Positions 36,345-45,428 of a stretch of 64,000 nt of DNA are shown one piece after another (position 1 is the first letter of the stretch; every line of letters starts with the position of its first letter). The translations under genes were made by a program, and so were the position numbers. The stretch lies in the NCBI GenBank assembly GCA_017472565.1, contig JAFUPY010000004.1:2739-66738 (forward strand), in the 5' to 3' direction. Source of the stretch: Eubacterium sp. (lineage in GTDB: Bacteria > Bacillota > Clostridia > Lachnospirales > Lachnospiraceae). The notes under the pieces are model-generated. The model was not told the DNA's origin. It saw only the letters and a program-made list of their open reading frames with translations, and did not search any database.

Positions 36345-37337
36345 TTATTTGGAAAATACTTCCGGATAGAAATCTGCCGCCATAGATTCTACTGCATATG
36401 CCATTCGATTTCCAGGAAGGACACTTTCCAATGTAATTACTGCAAACCGTTCATTCTTTACGCAGTCAAGTTGTGAAAGGGTTGGGTTGGACTTGATTTC
36501 TTCAATCTTTTTTTCAATAGAAGGAGAGTCGTAATCGTGAATTAAGATTACATCAGGGTTGCGTGTAAGGACTTCCTCGTAGCTTACGGTTATCCATTGC
36601 TTGTCTGTTAAATCTGCAAACAGGTTTTCTCCACCGGCAAGTTCGATTAATTGCGACTCGAAGTTAATACCAGAGCATGTGAAAACACCATTCGTTCCGC
36701 TGTCATAGACTAACACTTTTACAGGTTCTTCATCTTTGATAATATCCTGAACGGCAGCAATGCGAGATTGCTGATCTGTAACAAAGGCCTTTGCTTTGTC
36801 TTCTGCATCAAAGATTTTTCCAATATCAAGAATCTCCTGATACTGTTGTTCTATAGTTGTAGCAGAGTTGACATATACATTCATGCCATAGGTGCCAACT
36901 TCTTCGATGTTGCATCCAGCATCGCCGATTTCCCAATCCAGGGTGTAGATAAAATCTGCGTCGCTGGTCAGAATTGATTCTCGTGTGGCAGATGCGTGGT
37001 TCAATTCAGGGATGGCATTCACGGCATCTGCGTATTCGTCCAATGGACCACGGCTATGATTTACCAGAGAGCGGCCGATGACATAGTCTTCCAGACCGAG
37101 AGCAACGAACAATTCTGTACAGTTTGGACCTAATGTCAGGACTTTTGTAGGCTTTTGGGTGATGGTGACCTCTCTGCCGTAATTATTTACGGTTACAGGA
37201 TAGCGCTCAGTGTTTTCGGAAGTTACTTCTGAACTTGCCTGAATTGTATCCTGCTGAACACTATCTTGAGGAGCACATGCTGTTATTGTAGACAGGGCGA
37301 GGGTGGCGATAAGCAGGGGAATAAGTTTTCTTTTCAT
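36345..37337 (-). CDS. ABC transporter substrate-binding lipoprotein (iron-chelate/cobalamin type)
   Basis: AAGGAG RBS, lipobox ITA-C, YPVTVNNYG...PTKV, ELAGGEN, SYEEVLTRNPDVI. Confidence 0.9.
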   Translation of the reverse strand: MKRKLIPLLIATLALSTITACAPQDSVQQDTIQASSEVTSENTERYPVTVNNYGREVTITQKPTKVLTLGPNCTELFVALGLEDYVIGRSLVNHSRGPLDEYADAVNAIPELNHASATRESILTSDADFIYTLDWEIGDAGCNIEEVGTYGMNVYVNSATTIEQQYQEILDIGKIFDAEDKAKAFVTDQQSRIAAVQDIIKDEEPVKVLVYDSGTNGVFTCSGINFESQLIELAGGENLFADLTDKQWITVSYEEVLTRNPDVILIHDYDSPSIEKKIEEIKSNPTLSQLDCVKNERFAVITLESVLPGNRMAYAVESMAADFYPEVFSK

Positions 37338-38139
37338 GTCGTTCTCCTTTTCTTGGGCGATATACTTTTTTGTCTTCAGATGGCAGGAATGTGATAGAGG
37401 TTTTGCCGGTAACATGATGTTTTGCTACACAGCTTCGAACACCGTAGATATTGTAGATATTCTCTTCTGTAAGGACCTCTTCAGGAGCTCCTTCTAAAAT
37501 AACTTTTCCGTCTTTTAAAACATAGATTCTGTCACAGTATAATGCTGCCAGATTTAAGTCATGGATGGCGGACAGAACCGTTACATCCAGATGTTTGATG
37601 AAATCAAAAATCTGCATCTGGTGGCTGATGTCCAGATGGTTCGTAGGCTCATCCAGAATAAAGAAATCACTTTCCTGAGCCAGTGCTCTGGCGATCAGAG
37701 TTCTCTGCTTCTCTCCGCCAGATAGGTTTAAAAAATTCTTGTCTGCTAGTTCATCCAGGCCAAGCTGTTTTAGTGCACTGGAAACAATCTCTTTGTCATG
37801 TTTGTTGTCAAAGTCAAACAGACCTTTATGTGGGGATCTGCCCATGGCTACAATCTCTTCTACAGAGAAGTCGTATGCCATGTCATTTTCCTGCCCAACA
37901 ACAGCTATTTTTCGGGCGGATTTTTTATATGACATGCCGTGCAGATTCTCTCCATCAAGTAATATTTGACCCTGATTTGGTCTCAGAGCTCTGTATGTAT
38001 TTTTTAACAGAGTGGACTTTCCACTACCGTTAGGTCCGATGATTCCAACAAATTCCCCAATGTTTACGTGGAGAGACACATTGTCAACATCGTTCTTTTT
38101 TCCATATGAATAGGTAACATTTTCAATATTTAAACGCAT
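37261..38139 (-). CDS. ABC transporter ATP-binding protein (FecE/BtuD type)
   Basis: GPNGSGKST, LSGGEKQR, LDEPTNHLD, HDLNLA. Confidence 0.93.
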   Translation of the reverse strand: MRLNIENVTYSYGKKNDVDNVSLHVNIGEFVGIIGPNGSGKSTLLKNTYRALRPNQGQILLDGENLHGMSYKKSARKIAVVGQENDMAYDFSVEEIVAMGRSPHKGLFDFDNKHDKEIVSSALKQLGLDELADKNFLNLSGGEKQRTLIARALAQESDFFILDEPTNHLDISHQMQIFDFIKHLDVTVLSAIHDLNLAALYCDRIYVLKDGKVILEGAPEEVLTEENIYNIYGVRSCVAKHHVTGKTSITFLPSEDKKVYRPRKGERHEKKTYSPAYRHPRPVYNNSMCSSR

Positions 38140-38155
38140 AGTTACAATCCCCTTT

Positions 38156-39217
38156 CTAACCCTTCTTTCCATTGCTTCTTTTTAACATCCAGATAAAGAT
38201 CGGTCCGCCGATGACTGCAGTGAGAACGCCAACTGGAAGTTCTTCCGGTGCGATTAGCATACGAGCCACAACGTCTACCCAGACAACCAGGATGCCACCT
38301 AACAGAGCGGAAATCGGTAGTAGTTTTTGGTGGTTTCCGCCTACCAGTAACCGGGTGAAATGAGGTACCATCAATCCGACAAATCCAATGGTTCCGCTGA
38401 CAGCGATGGTAACGCCTGTCATCAGAGAAGCAATCAGGATCAGTAATTTGTGAAATCTATTTACATTGACACCTAAGGTGCCAGCACTTTCTTCTCCAAG
38501 TAAAAGTAGGTTCAGACTGCGATAGTTGATCATCAGAACGAACATACAGATGATTAAAATAATGAGAGGGAGTTTTAAATATTCCCATCTTGCCCCTGCA
38601 AGACTGCCCGCCATCCAGAACTCTGCGTTGTGCAGCCCAAGTGCATTTGGTGCACTAAGTTTTATTATGCTTGTTACACCATCTAGAATCATTGCAACAA
38701 CAACACCGGAGAGAAGCAATTGTGTGATATTGATACGGCCTTTTACTTTGGATAACACGTACACAAAAATAATTGTTATTGCAGAACCGATAAATGCTGC
38801 AATGGAAATAGAAAATGTTCCCAAAAATGCAAACACACCAAACAGCATTTCCAATGTGGCAAAGGTTGCTGCGCCAGAAGAAACACCAAGAATAAATGGA
38901 TCTGCCAGTGTGTTTCGGACCAGTACCTGCATGGTAACACCACAGATAGAAAGAGAAGCACCAACCACCATTCCTAGGCATACACGTGGCAAACGGAGAT
39001 TGAGAATGATGTTTTCGTCTAGCTGTGTCCAGGTGGGTAAGATGCTAGTACCAATAGTTGGTATTTTACTGAAAAGGATTTTTGCTGTTGTAATAGGTGC
39101 TATTGTACTTGAACCTAGGCCAGTAGCGGTTAGAATGGAGAATGACGCTACTATAATTAAAATGATTATAACTATTACAAAGCGAGATGTAGTTGATGAA
39201 CATTTTCTTGTATTCAT
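38156..39217 (-). CDS. ABC transporter permease (FecCD/BtuC type)
   Basis: LRLPR, RNTLADPFILGVSSGA, GTIGFVGLMVPH, ELPVGVLTAVIGGP. Confidence 0.93.
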   Translation of the reverse strand: MNTRKCSSTTSRFVIVIIILIIVASFSILTATGLGSSTIAPITTAKILFSKIPTIGTSILPTWTQLDENIILNLRLPRVCLGMVVGASLSICGVTMQVLVRNTLADPFILGVSSGAATFATLEMLFGVFAFLGTFSISIAAFIGSAITIIFVYVLSKVKGRINITQLLLSGVVVAMILDGVTSIIKLSAPNALGLHNAEFWMAGSLAGARWEYLKLPLIILIICMFVLMINYRSLNLLLLGEESAGTLGVNVNRFHKLLILIASLMTGVTIAVSGTIGFVGLMVPHFTRLLVGGNHQKLLPISALLGGILVVWVDVVARMLIAPEELPVGVLTAVIGGPIFIWMLKRSNGKKG

Positions 39218-39504
39218 GTTATGCTCTCCAATCTGTGTTTTTTGTTCGCTCCTAAGTTTAGACTAACAGACAATAAAATGTGTCACAAGCAGGGGTGGGG
39301 GATATATTTTTGAAAAATTGCGAATCAATTTTAAAGGTCAAATGAAAAAGTAAATTCTACCCCAATCCCCCCCAAACATCCCCAAATCGACTCCAAATTC
39401 AGTCTCTTTTAGAAGGATGAAATAGGATGCTACAAAGTTTTGTAATTAGAAAATCTTCATATTAAATTAATGGTAATATTACATTCCATGCGTTATAATA
39501 TTGT

Positions 39505-39843
39505 AAGGATTATGGATTGCGGGAACCACTTTTTGAAGAATTTGGAAATGGATTCAGGGTTGTAATGTACAGAAAAGCGGTCAACAATTTTGAAAAAGGA
39601 GCCGAAAAAGGAGCCGAAAAAGGAGCCGAAAAAGGAGCCGAAAAAGGAGCCGAAAAAGGAGCCGAAAGGAAACAGAAAATTTTAGCATTGTTAATTGATA
39701 ATCCTGAAATAACACAGACCAAAATGGCAGAAGAACGTGATTTGTCAAGAAAACAGGTGCAGAATGCGATGAAAGAATTGCAGAATGATAATTTGATTGG
39801 CAGAGAAGGTTCAAATAGAAGTGGGAAGTGGATTGTGTACTAA
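39505..39843 (+). pseudogene. 3' fragment of an ATP-binding/winged-HTH regulator gene
   Basis: YGLREPLFEEFGNGFRVVMYR, repeat linker, then wHTH NPEITQTKMAE...REGSNRSGKW; no N-terminal domains and no convincing RBS. Confidence 0.65.
39592..39663 (+). repeat. 12-bp perfect tandem repeat, 6 copies (EKGA)
   Basis: GAAAAAGGAGCC repeated six times. Confidence 0.97.
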
Positions 39844-40038
39844 GCAGTACTAAAACGGTACTAAAAACCTAAACAGCCAAAATAACGCGCATTCTTTTTT
39901 TGTGAATATGTGGATCAACTTGTTTTTGAAGATGAAATCGATTGCAGGGATTTGTTTGATGGCGGGGATGCCAGAGAGCGGATTGTAGTGTTTGCGATGT
40001 ATCACTTGTAGAAAATATCAGCACAGATGGTTTATTTG

Positions 40039-40158
40039 TGGTATACCGTGGGTTTAAAAGTGGTGTAAAGTGTGTTTAAAACTGGCACACGTTTATGCCA
40101 TAGATAGATTCATAATCTGCATAACTGAATTACTGCCTTTGCATAAGTACGATATAAT
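40039..40158 (+). promoter_or_regulatory. Conserved upstream boxes and promoter of peptide gene 1
   Basis: TGGTATACC, CTGGCACACG, AGATAGATTCA-N5-TGCATAACTGAATTACTGC; TTACTG-17 bp-TATAAT; duplicated at 41257. Confidence 0.65.
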
Positions 40159-40225
40159 AAACACAACAAGAAGAGATGCGGCATCAGTCGCAAACAAAAC
40201 AGTCTTAGAAAAGGAGGACAATATT

Positions 40226-40324
40226 ATGGCAAGAATGAGTTTATTATACGCAGGTGGATTATTCAGAGGAGCATTAGCATTAAACAGATCTGTCCTCAAA
40301 GTGACACAGTTATTAGTGAAATAA
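40226..40324 (+). CDS. Small cationic peptide 1, 32 aa
   Basis: AAGGAGG RBS; MARMSLLYAGGLFRGALALNRSVLKVTQLLVK; own terminator; paralog at 41440. Confidence 0.85.
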   Translation: MARMSLLYAGGLFRGALALNRSVLKVTQLLVK

Positions 40325-40357
40325 GTAATACCTTATATACAATCTAAACAAAGCATT

Positions 40358-40394
40358 GGAGTCGCAGCAGAAACTGTTGCGACTCCTTTTTTTT
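40358..40394 (+). terminator. Terminator of peptide gene 1
   Basis: GGAGTCGCAGCAG-aaa-CTGTTGCGACTCC followed by T8. Confidence 0.9.
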
Positions 40395-40448
40395 CGTACT
40401 ATAATAGACAGGATACAAGCAAAATAAATAGATAAGGTTGGTATGTAG

Positions 40449-41195
40449 ATGAAAAAAATAACTTATATTTCCCACAGTGGATTTGTAATTGAATTGGACA
40501 AGGTATGTATGTTATTCGACTACTGGAAGGGCGATATGCCAGAGTTTCCGGCAGATAAGGCGCTGGTTGTATTTTCCAGTCATCATCACCCGGATCACTA
40601 CAATCCGGAAATCTGGGATCTGGCGAAAAAATATGAAAACGTGTATTACGTGCTTGGCAGTGATATTGTTGTATCTGAGGAAGACAAGGCGCAGTACGGT
40701 ATTGATGAGGCAACATGGGCGCATACATTGACAGTTAAGGGCAACAAGCACTTTGAACTGCAGGCGGAAAAGGGCGATATTTCCGAAACCGTAGTGATTG
40801 ATACCATGCATTCCACCGATGAAGGGGTGGCTTTTTATGTGACATGTGAAGGGACAGAGATCTTCTATGCAGGTGATCTGCATCTGTGGAAATGGCCAGG
40901 CGAAGATCCGGGCATCAATGACTTTATGCAGAAGTCCTTTGAAAAACGAACCAGATTTTTACAGGATAAAGAGCCGGATATGGCATTTGTGCTGATTGAT
41001 CCACGTATCGAGAACTATATGTTTGAAGGTATGGACTATTATATGGATCTCATGCAGCCAAAGCATATCTTTGTAATGCATATCTGGGATCGTTATGACT
41101 TGATTCAGGAGTACAAGCTTACCCGCAAGGAACATCCAATGGCGGATCGCATTGTGGATATTGCTGATGTGGGACAGGTGTTTGAAGTAGAATAA
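40449..41195 (+). CDS. Metallo-beta-lactamase-fold hydrolase
   Basis: HSGF, SHHHPDH, STDEGV, YAGDL, MH motifs. Confidence 0.88.
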   Translation: MKKITYISHSGFVIELDKVCMLFDYWKGDMPEFPADKALVVFSSHHHPDHYNPEIWDLAKKYENVYYVLGSDIVVSEEDKAQYGIDEATWAHTLTVKGNKHFELQAEKGDISETVVIDTMHSTDEGVAFYVTCEGTEIFYAGDLHLWKWPGEDPGINDFMQKSFEKRTRFLQDKEPDMAFVLIDPRIENYMFEGMDYYMDLMQPKHIFVMHIWDRYDLIQEYKLTRKEHPMADRIVDIADVGQVFEVE

Positions 41196-41213
41196 AAAAA
41201 TATTGTAACATGA

Positions 41214-41245
41214 GAATGGGAAGTGGAAAGACTTCCCGTTTTTTT
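41214..41245 (+). terminator. Terminator after the MBL gene
   Basis: ATGGGAAGT-ggaaag-ACTTCCCGT followed by a T-run. Confidence 0.8.
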
Positions 41246-41256
41246 GGGCTTTTGGC

Positions 41257-41377
41257 TGGTATACCACGCGTCAACAATTCGTATAGCGGGTGGTTTTTTG
41301 CTGGCACACGATGATTCCTAAGACAGATGCAACTTTTGCATTACTGAATTACTGCTTGACAAAATTTATTATATATT
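41257..41377 (+). promoter_or_regulatory. Conserved upstream boxes and promoter of peptide gene 2
   Basis: TGGTATACC, CTGGCACACG, AGACAGATGCA-N5-TGCATTACTGAATTACTGC; TTACTG-17 bp-TATATT. Confidence 0.65.
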
Positions 41378-41439
41378 AATATCAGAAAGAGAGAGGCACA
41401 GCCTGGTAAATATATAAGAATTTTAAGGAGGAACAAATC

Positions 41440-41541
41440 ATGTCAAGAGCATTCAGTTTATTATGTGTAGGTGGATTATACAGAGGCACAGTAGCATTAA
41501 ACAGATCCGTACTGAAGATTGGTGAATTGTTCATTCGATAA
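41440..41541 (+). CDS. Small cationic peptide 2, 33 aa (not in ORF track)
   Basis: AAGGAGG RBS; MSRAFSLLCVGGLYRGTVALNRSVLKIGELFIR; paralog of 40226..40324. Confidence 0.85.
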   Translation: MSRAFSLLCVGGLYRGTVALNRSVLKIGELFIR

Positions 41542-41625
41542 TCATAGAGCTATTTGAAGATACGTTTGCAATACTCAATACCTCACCCCTGGTTTTTCAA
41601 ATATAAAATTAAGAGTTGTAAAAAG

Positions 41626-41666
41626 GAAAGTCGTGATGGCAGATGCTGTCACGATTTTCTTTTTTT
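41626..41666 (+). terminator. Terminator of peptide gene 2
   Basis: GAAAGTCGTGATGGC-agat-GCTGTCACGATTTTC followed by a T-run. Confidence 0.8.
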
Positions 41667-41816
41667 CTTTCTTGAGGAAATTCCTTTGAAACCCATAACA
41701 ATTCTTGCGAAAGCCCCCACAGTGGTGTATGATAGGAATGGTGAGTTCCGTTCAGGAGTCAGCTGTTTTCCATGTGAGATTACAGACAGGGAATACATGG
41801 ATAAAGGGTAAAAAAA

Positions 41817-43256
41817 ATGAGTAAAAAAGAACACAAGATTTTTTCAATAGAAAAAGGCAGTATTGCAGAAGAACTTGGATTGGAGCCAGGGGACATACTT
41901 TTGACCATCAATGGACAGGCTATGGAGGATATCTTTGACTATCATTTCCTTTGCAGTGATGAGAATCTGTCCCTGCTGGTGCGAAAAACCTGTGGGGAAG
42001 AGCAGGAGTGCTTTATCGAAAAGGATTATTCTGAGGATCTTGGCATTGGATTTGAGAATGGTCTGATGGATGAGTATCGTTCCTGTAGAAACAAGTGTAT
42101 TTTCTGCTTCATTGATCAGATGCCTCCGAATATGCGTGAGACGCTGTATTTTAAGGATGATGATTCCAGACTTTCCTTTTTACAGGGCAATTACATCACA
42201 TTGACCAATCTGTCAGACGAAGATGTGGACCGTATTGTCCGCTATCATCTGGCGCCGATCAATGTGTCTGTCCATACCACCAATCCGGAACTTCGCTGCA
42301 AGATGCTGAACAATCGGTTTGCAGGGGATGCGTTAAATAAGATTCAGAAGTTTTACGATGCTGGTATCGAGATGAATGGGCAGATCGTTCTGTGTAAGGG
42401 TATCAATGACGGGGTTGAACTGGAGAAAAGTATCAGAGATCTGATGCAGTATCTTCCATATTTCCAGAGTCTGTCTGTGGTTCCTGTTGGGTTGACCAAA
42501 TATCGTGAGGGGCTGTATCCATTGGAGCCTTTTACCAGGGAAGATGCAATTCAGGTACTGGATATCATTCATAAATATCAAATGCAGTGTAAGGCAGAAC
42601 ATGGTATCAACTTTGTTCATGCTGGAGACGAATGGTATCTGCTGGCAGAGCAGGAGTTTCCGCCAGAGGAAAGATACGATGATTATGTCCAGTTGGAAAA
42701 TGGTGTTGGCATGATGCGCCTGTTGCAGGAAGAATTTATGGCCTGCGACGCAGAGCGCCGGGAAATGGCAGAAAATCATAAGCTGGGATTTCGAGCGTTT
42801 CTAAAGTCTCAAAAACTGCAAAAACAGCAGAAACGGGCAATGCAAACCGATTTTATGGCCATGGAAGCAGCTCCAATGCGTGCTCCGGCAAGAGAAGTGG
42901 AGAAAAAACTTACCATTGCAACCGGCAAGCTGGCAGCGCCGTTGATGCGAAAGCTGTCGGCTATGTTTATGACCATCCATCCAGAAACAGAGATTCAGGT
43001 CATTCCGATTCACAATGATTTCTTCGGGGAACGAATCACGGTTTCCGGACTGATTACCGGACAGGATCTGGCTTTGCAGTTGGCAGGGATTGATCTGGGA
43101 GACAAGCTGTTATTGCCTTGCAATATGATGCGAAGTGGTGAACGCATTTTCCTGGATGATGTGACCGTAGAGGAATTGGAAAAAACTTTACAAGTACCAA
43201 TTCATATTGTAAAATCAGACGGGCAATCCTTATACGAAGCTCTTCTGGATCGATAG
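41817..43256 (+). CDS. DUF512 / PDZ-containing putative radical SAM protein
   Basis: PDZ-like GSIAEELGLEPGD, CRNKCIFC, YFKDDDSRLSFLQGNY, QLENGVG; upstream of der. Confidence 0.9.
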   Translation: MSKKEHKIFSIEKGSIAEELGLEPGDILLTINGQAMEDIFDYHFLCSDENLSLLVRKTCGEEQECFIEKDYSEDLGIGFENGLMDEYRSCRNKCIFCFIDQMPPNMRETLYFKDDDSRLSFLQGNYITLTNLSDEDVDRIVRYHLAPINVSVHTTNPELRCKMLNNRFAGDALNKIQKFYDAGIEMNGQIVLCKGINDGVELEKSIRDLMQYLPYFQSLSVVPVGLTKYREGLYPLEPFTREDAIQVLDIIHKYQMQCKAEHGINFVHAGDEWYLLAEQEFPPEERYDDYVQLENGVGMMRLLQEEFMACDAERREMAENHKLGFRAFLKSQKLQKQQKRAMQTDFMAMEAAPMRAPAREVEKKLTIATGKLAAPLMRKLSAMFMTIHPETEIQVIPIHNDFFGERITVSGLITGQDLALQLAGIDLGDKLLLPCNMMRSGERIFLDDVTVEELEKTLQVPIHIVKSDGQSLYEALLDR

Positions 43257-43373
43257 GATTGTTTTTTTCTGCAGTAATCCCACGCTGCAGAGAATGTTGG
43301 AACTGTAAGATCAGACAAAACAGAAATAGAAAAAGTACTCTTATATAATATAGTAGAAAGATGAGGGAGAACT

Positions 43374-44699
43374 ATGAGTAAACCAGTAGTAGCAGTGGTT
43401 GGCCGTCCAAATGTTGGTAAGTCCACACTGTTTAACGCTCTGGCCGGCGAACGTATTTCCATCGTACAGGATACCCCTGGGGTAACCCGTGACCGTATTT
43501 ATGCAGACGTGGAATGGCTGAATCAGGGTTTTACAATGATTGATACTGGCGGTATTGAGCCAGATTCCAAAGATATTATTTTATCTCAGATGAGAGAACA
43601 GGCGGAAATCGCCATGGCCACAGCAGATGTTATTATTTTTATGGTGGATGTGCGCCAGGGGCTTACCGATGCAGATGGCAAAGTGGCAGATATGCTGCGT
43701 CGTTCTCACAAACCAGTGATTCTGGTTGTAAACAAGGTAGATAGTTTTGAAAAATACATGGCTGACGTGTATGAATTTTATAACTTAGGGATTGGTGATC
43801 CAATTCCAATCTCTGCAGCGTCCAGACTTGGTCTTGGCGACATGCTGGAAGAAGTGGTGAAGCACTTCCCACATCAGGCAGGTGAGTTAGAAGAAGACGA
43901 AAGACCAAAGGTTGCCATTGTTGGAAAGCCAAACGTTGGAAAGTCTTCTCTGGTCAACAAGCTTTGCGGCGAAAATCGTTGTATCGTTTCTGATATTGCA
44001 GGAACTACCCGTGATGCTATCGACCAGGTAGTAAAATACGATGGCAGAGAATATGTATTTATTGATACTGCAGGTCTTCGCAGAAAGAGCAAGATTAAGG
44101 AAGAAATCGAACGTTACAGTATTATCCGTGCCGTAACTGCGGTGGAACGTGCGGACGTTGTTTTGATCGTCATCGATGCTACGGAAGGTGTTACTGAGCA
44201 GGATGCTAAGATTGCCGGTATCGCCCATGAGCGCGGCAAGGGTATCATCATTGTGGTGAACAAATGGGATGCCATTGAAAAGGATGACAAGACCATCTAT
44301 AAGCATACCAACAAGATCCGTGAGATCTTAAGCTTTATGCCATATGCAGAGATTATGTTTGTATCGGCTGTAACAGGTCAGCGTCTGCCAAAGATGTTCG
44401 ACATGATTGATATGGTCATCGAAAACAACTCCATGCGTGTGCAGACCGGTGTGTTAAATGAGATTATGACAGAGGCCGTTGCAATGCAGCAGCCACCATC
44501 AGATAAAGGAAAACGTTTGAGACTTTACTACATTACTCAGGTTGCAGTAAAGCCTCCAACATTCGTAATTTTCGTAAATGATAAGGAATTGATGCATTTT
44601 TCCTATACCAGATATCTGGAAAATCGTATCCGTGAGGCATTTGGCTTCAAGGGCACTGCATTGAAATTCATTATCAGAGAGAGAAAGGAAGACAAATAA
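43374..44699 (+). CDS. der: Ribosome biogenesis GTPase Der (EngA)
   Basis: Two GTPase domains GRPNVGKS and [20 protein letters not shown]. Confidence 0.98.
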   Translation: MSKPVVAVVGRPNVGKSTLFNALAGERISIVQDTPGVTRDRIYADVEWLNQGFTMIDTGGIEPDSKDIILSQMREQAEIAMATADVIIFMVDVRQGLTDADGKVADMLRRSHKPVILVVNKVDSFEKYMADVYEFYNLGIGDPIPISAASRLGLGDMLEEVVKHFPHQAGELEEDERPKVAIVGKPNVGKSSLVNKLCGENRCIVSDIAGTTRDAIDQVVKYDGREYVFIDTAGLRRKSKIKEEIERYSIIRAVTAVERADVVLIVIDATEGVTEQDAKIAGIAHERGKGIIIVVNKWDAIEKDDKTIYKHTNKIREILSFMPYAEIMFVSAVTGQRLPKMFDMIDMVIENNSMRVQTGVLNEIMTEAVAMQQPPSDKGKRLRLYYITQVAVKPPTFVIFVNDKELMHFSYTRYLENRIREAFGFKGTALKFIIRERKEDK

Positions 44700-45361
44700 T
44701 GATTGCAGTTTCCTCCATAGTATTGATTCGTGTAATCTGCCTAGTGATTGGATATGCGTTCGGTCTGTTCCAGACAGGGGTAATCTACGGAAAATTAAAC
44801 AACTTTGATCTTCGCAAGTCCGGAAGCGGCAACTCTGGTATGACCAATGCCATCCGTACCAAGGGCTGGAAGGTGGGCATTATTGTTTTCCTTGGGGACA
44901 GTTTAAAATGTGTGGCGGCCATCGTTATCGTATGGCTGTTGTTCAAAAATACATTCCCGGAGATGGTGAAATTATTTGAACTGTATGCAGCACTGGGGGT
45001 TATCCTTGGCAATAACTTCCCATTTTATCTGAAGTTCAAGGGTGGAAAAGGTATCGCATGTTCTGTTGGTATGGTATTTTCCACTTATGTATTTATGGTA
45101 CCAATCTGTGCAATCCTGTTTTTTGCAACGGTTGTACCAACCGGATTTATCTCCATCGGTTCCCTGATGATCATTAGTTCTTATCTGGTACAGATGATTG
45201 TGTTTGGTCAGTTGGGATATTTGGGCATTGCTTCTGCATTTTTGGTGGAAGCGTACATAGTGACCGCGATCATTACAGCCATCGGTTTTATCCGACACAA
45301 AGACAATATCAAACGTCTGGCAACAGGTACTGAGAAAAAATTTATCAATAAAAAGAAATAG
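44699..45361 (+). CDS. plsY: Glycerol-3-phosphate acyltransferase PlsY
   Basis: GSGNSGMTN, FKGGKG, HKDNIKRLATGTE; der-plsY-gpsA synteny. Confidence 0.94.
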   Translation: MIAVSSIVLIRVICLVIGYAFGLFQTGVIYGKLNNFDLRKSGSGNSGMTNAIRTKGWKVGIIVFLGDSLKCVAAIVIVWLLFKNTFPEMVKLFELYAALGVILGNNFPFYLKFKGGKGIACSVGMVFSTYVFMVPICAILFFATVVPTGFISIGSLMIISSYLVQMIVFGQLGYLGIASAFLVEAYIVTAIITAIGFIRHKDNIKRLATGTEKKFINKKK

Positions 45362-45428
45362 ATTGGTAGTTATTTATTGGAAATTTCAAGGAATTGAAGT
45401 TTTGGAATAAGTAAATGAGGAATATCAT

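Larger units (their letters stand above)
18600..39900. other. Accessory metabolic island (sigma-54 regulon with NPN biosynthesis genes); boundaries approximate
   Basis: Block of catabolic and cofactor genes between housekeeping regions; visibly more AT-rich (not computed); ends in a gene fragment; no integrase seen. Confidence 0.65.

Noticed and set aside
39218-39500. Cobalamin riboswitch upstream of the BtuCDF-like transporter
   Set aside because: No B12-box or other conserved elements seen on the minus strand.
39592-39663. 12-bp repeats as CRISPR or iterons
   Set aside because: Spacer-less, in-frame linker repeat within a gene fragment.
18600-39900. Island as an active mobile element
   Set aside because: No integrase, transposase, relaxase or flanking direct repeats were found.
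40083-40098. TGGCACACGTTTATGC as a seventh sigma-54 promoter
   Set aside because: GG-to-GC spacing is one base too long, and the paralogous box at 41302 lacks the GC.
40070-40324. 84-aa version of peptide 1 from the ORF track
   Set aside because: The extension spans the promoter. The RBS and the paralog both support the start at 40226.
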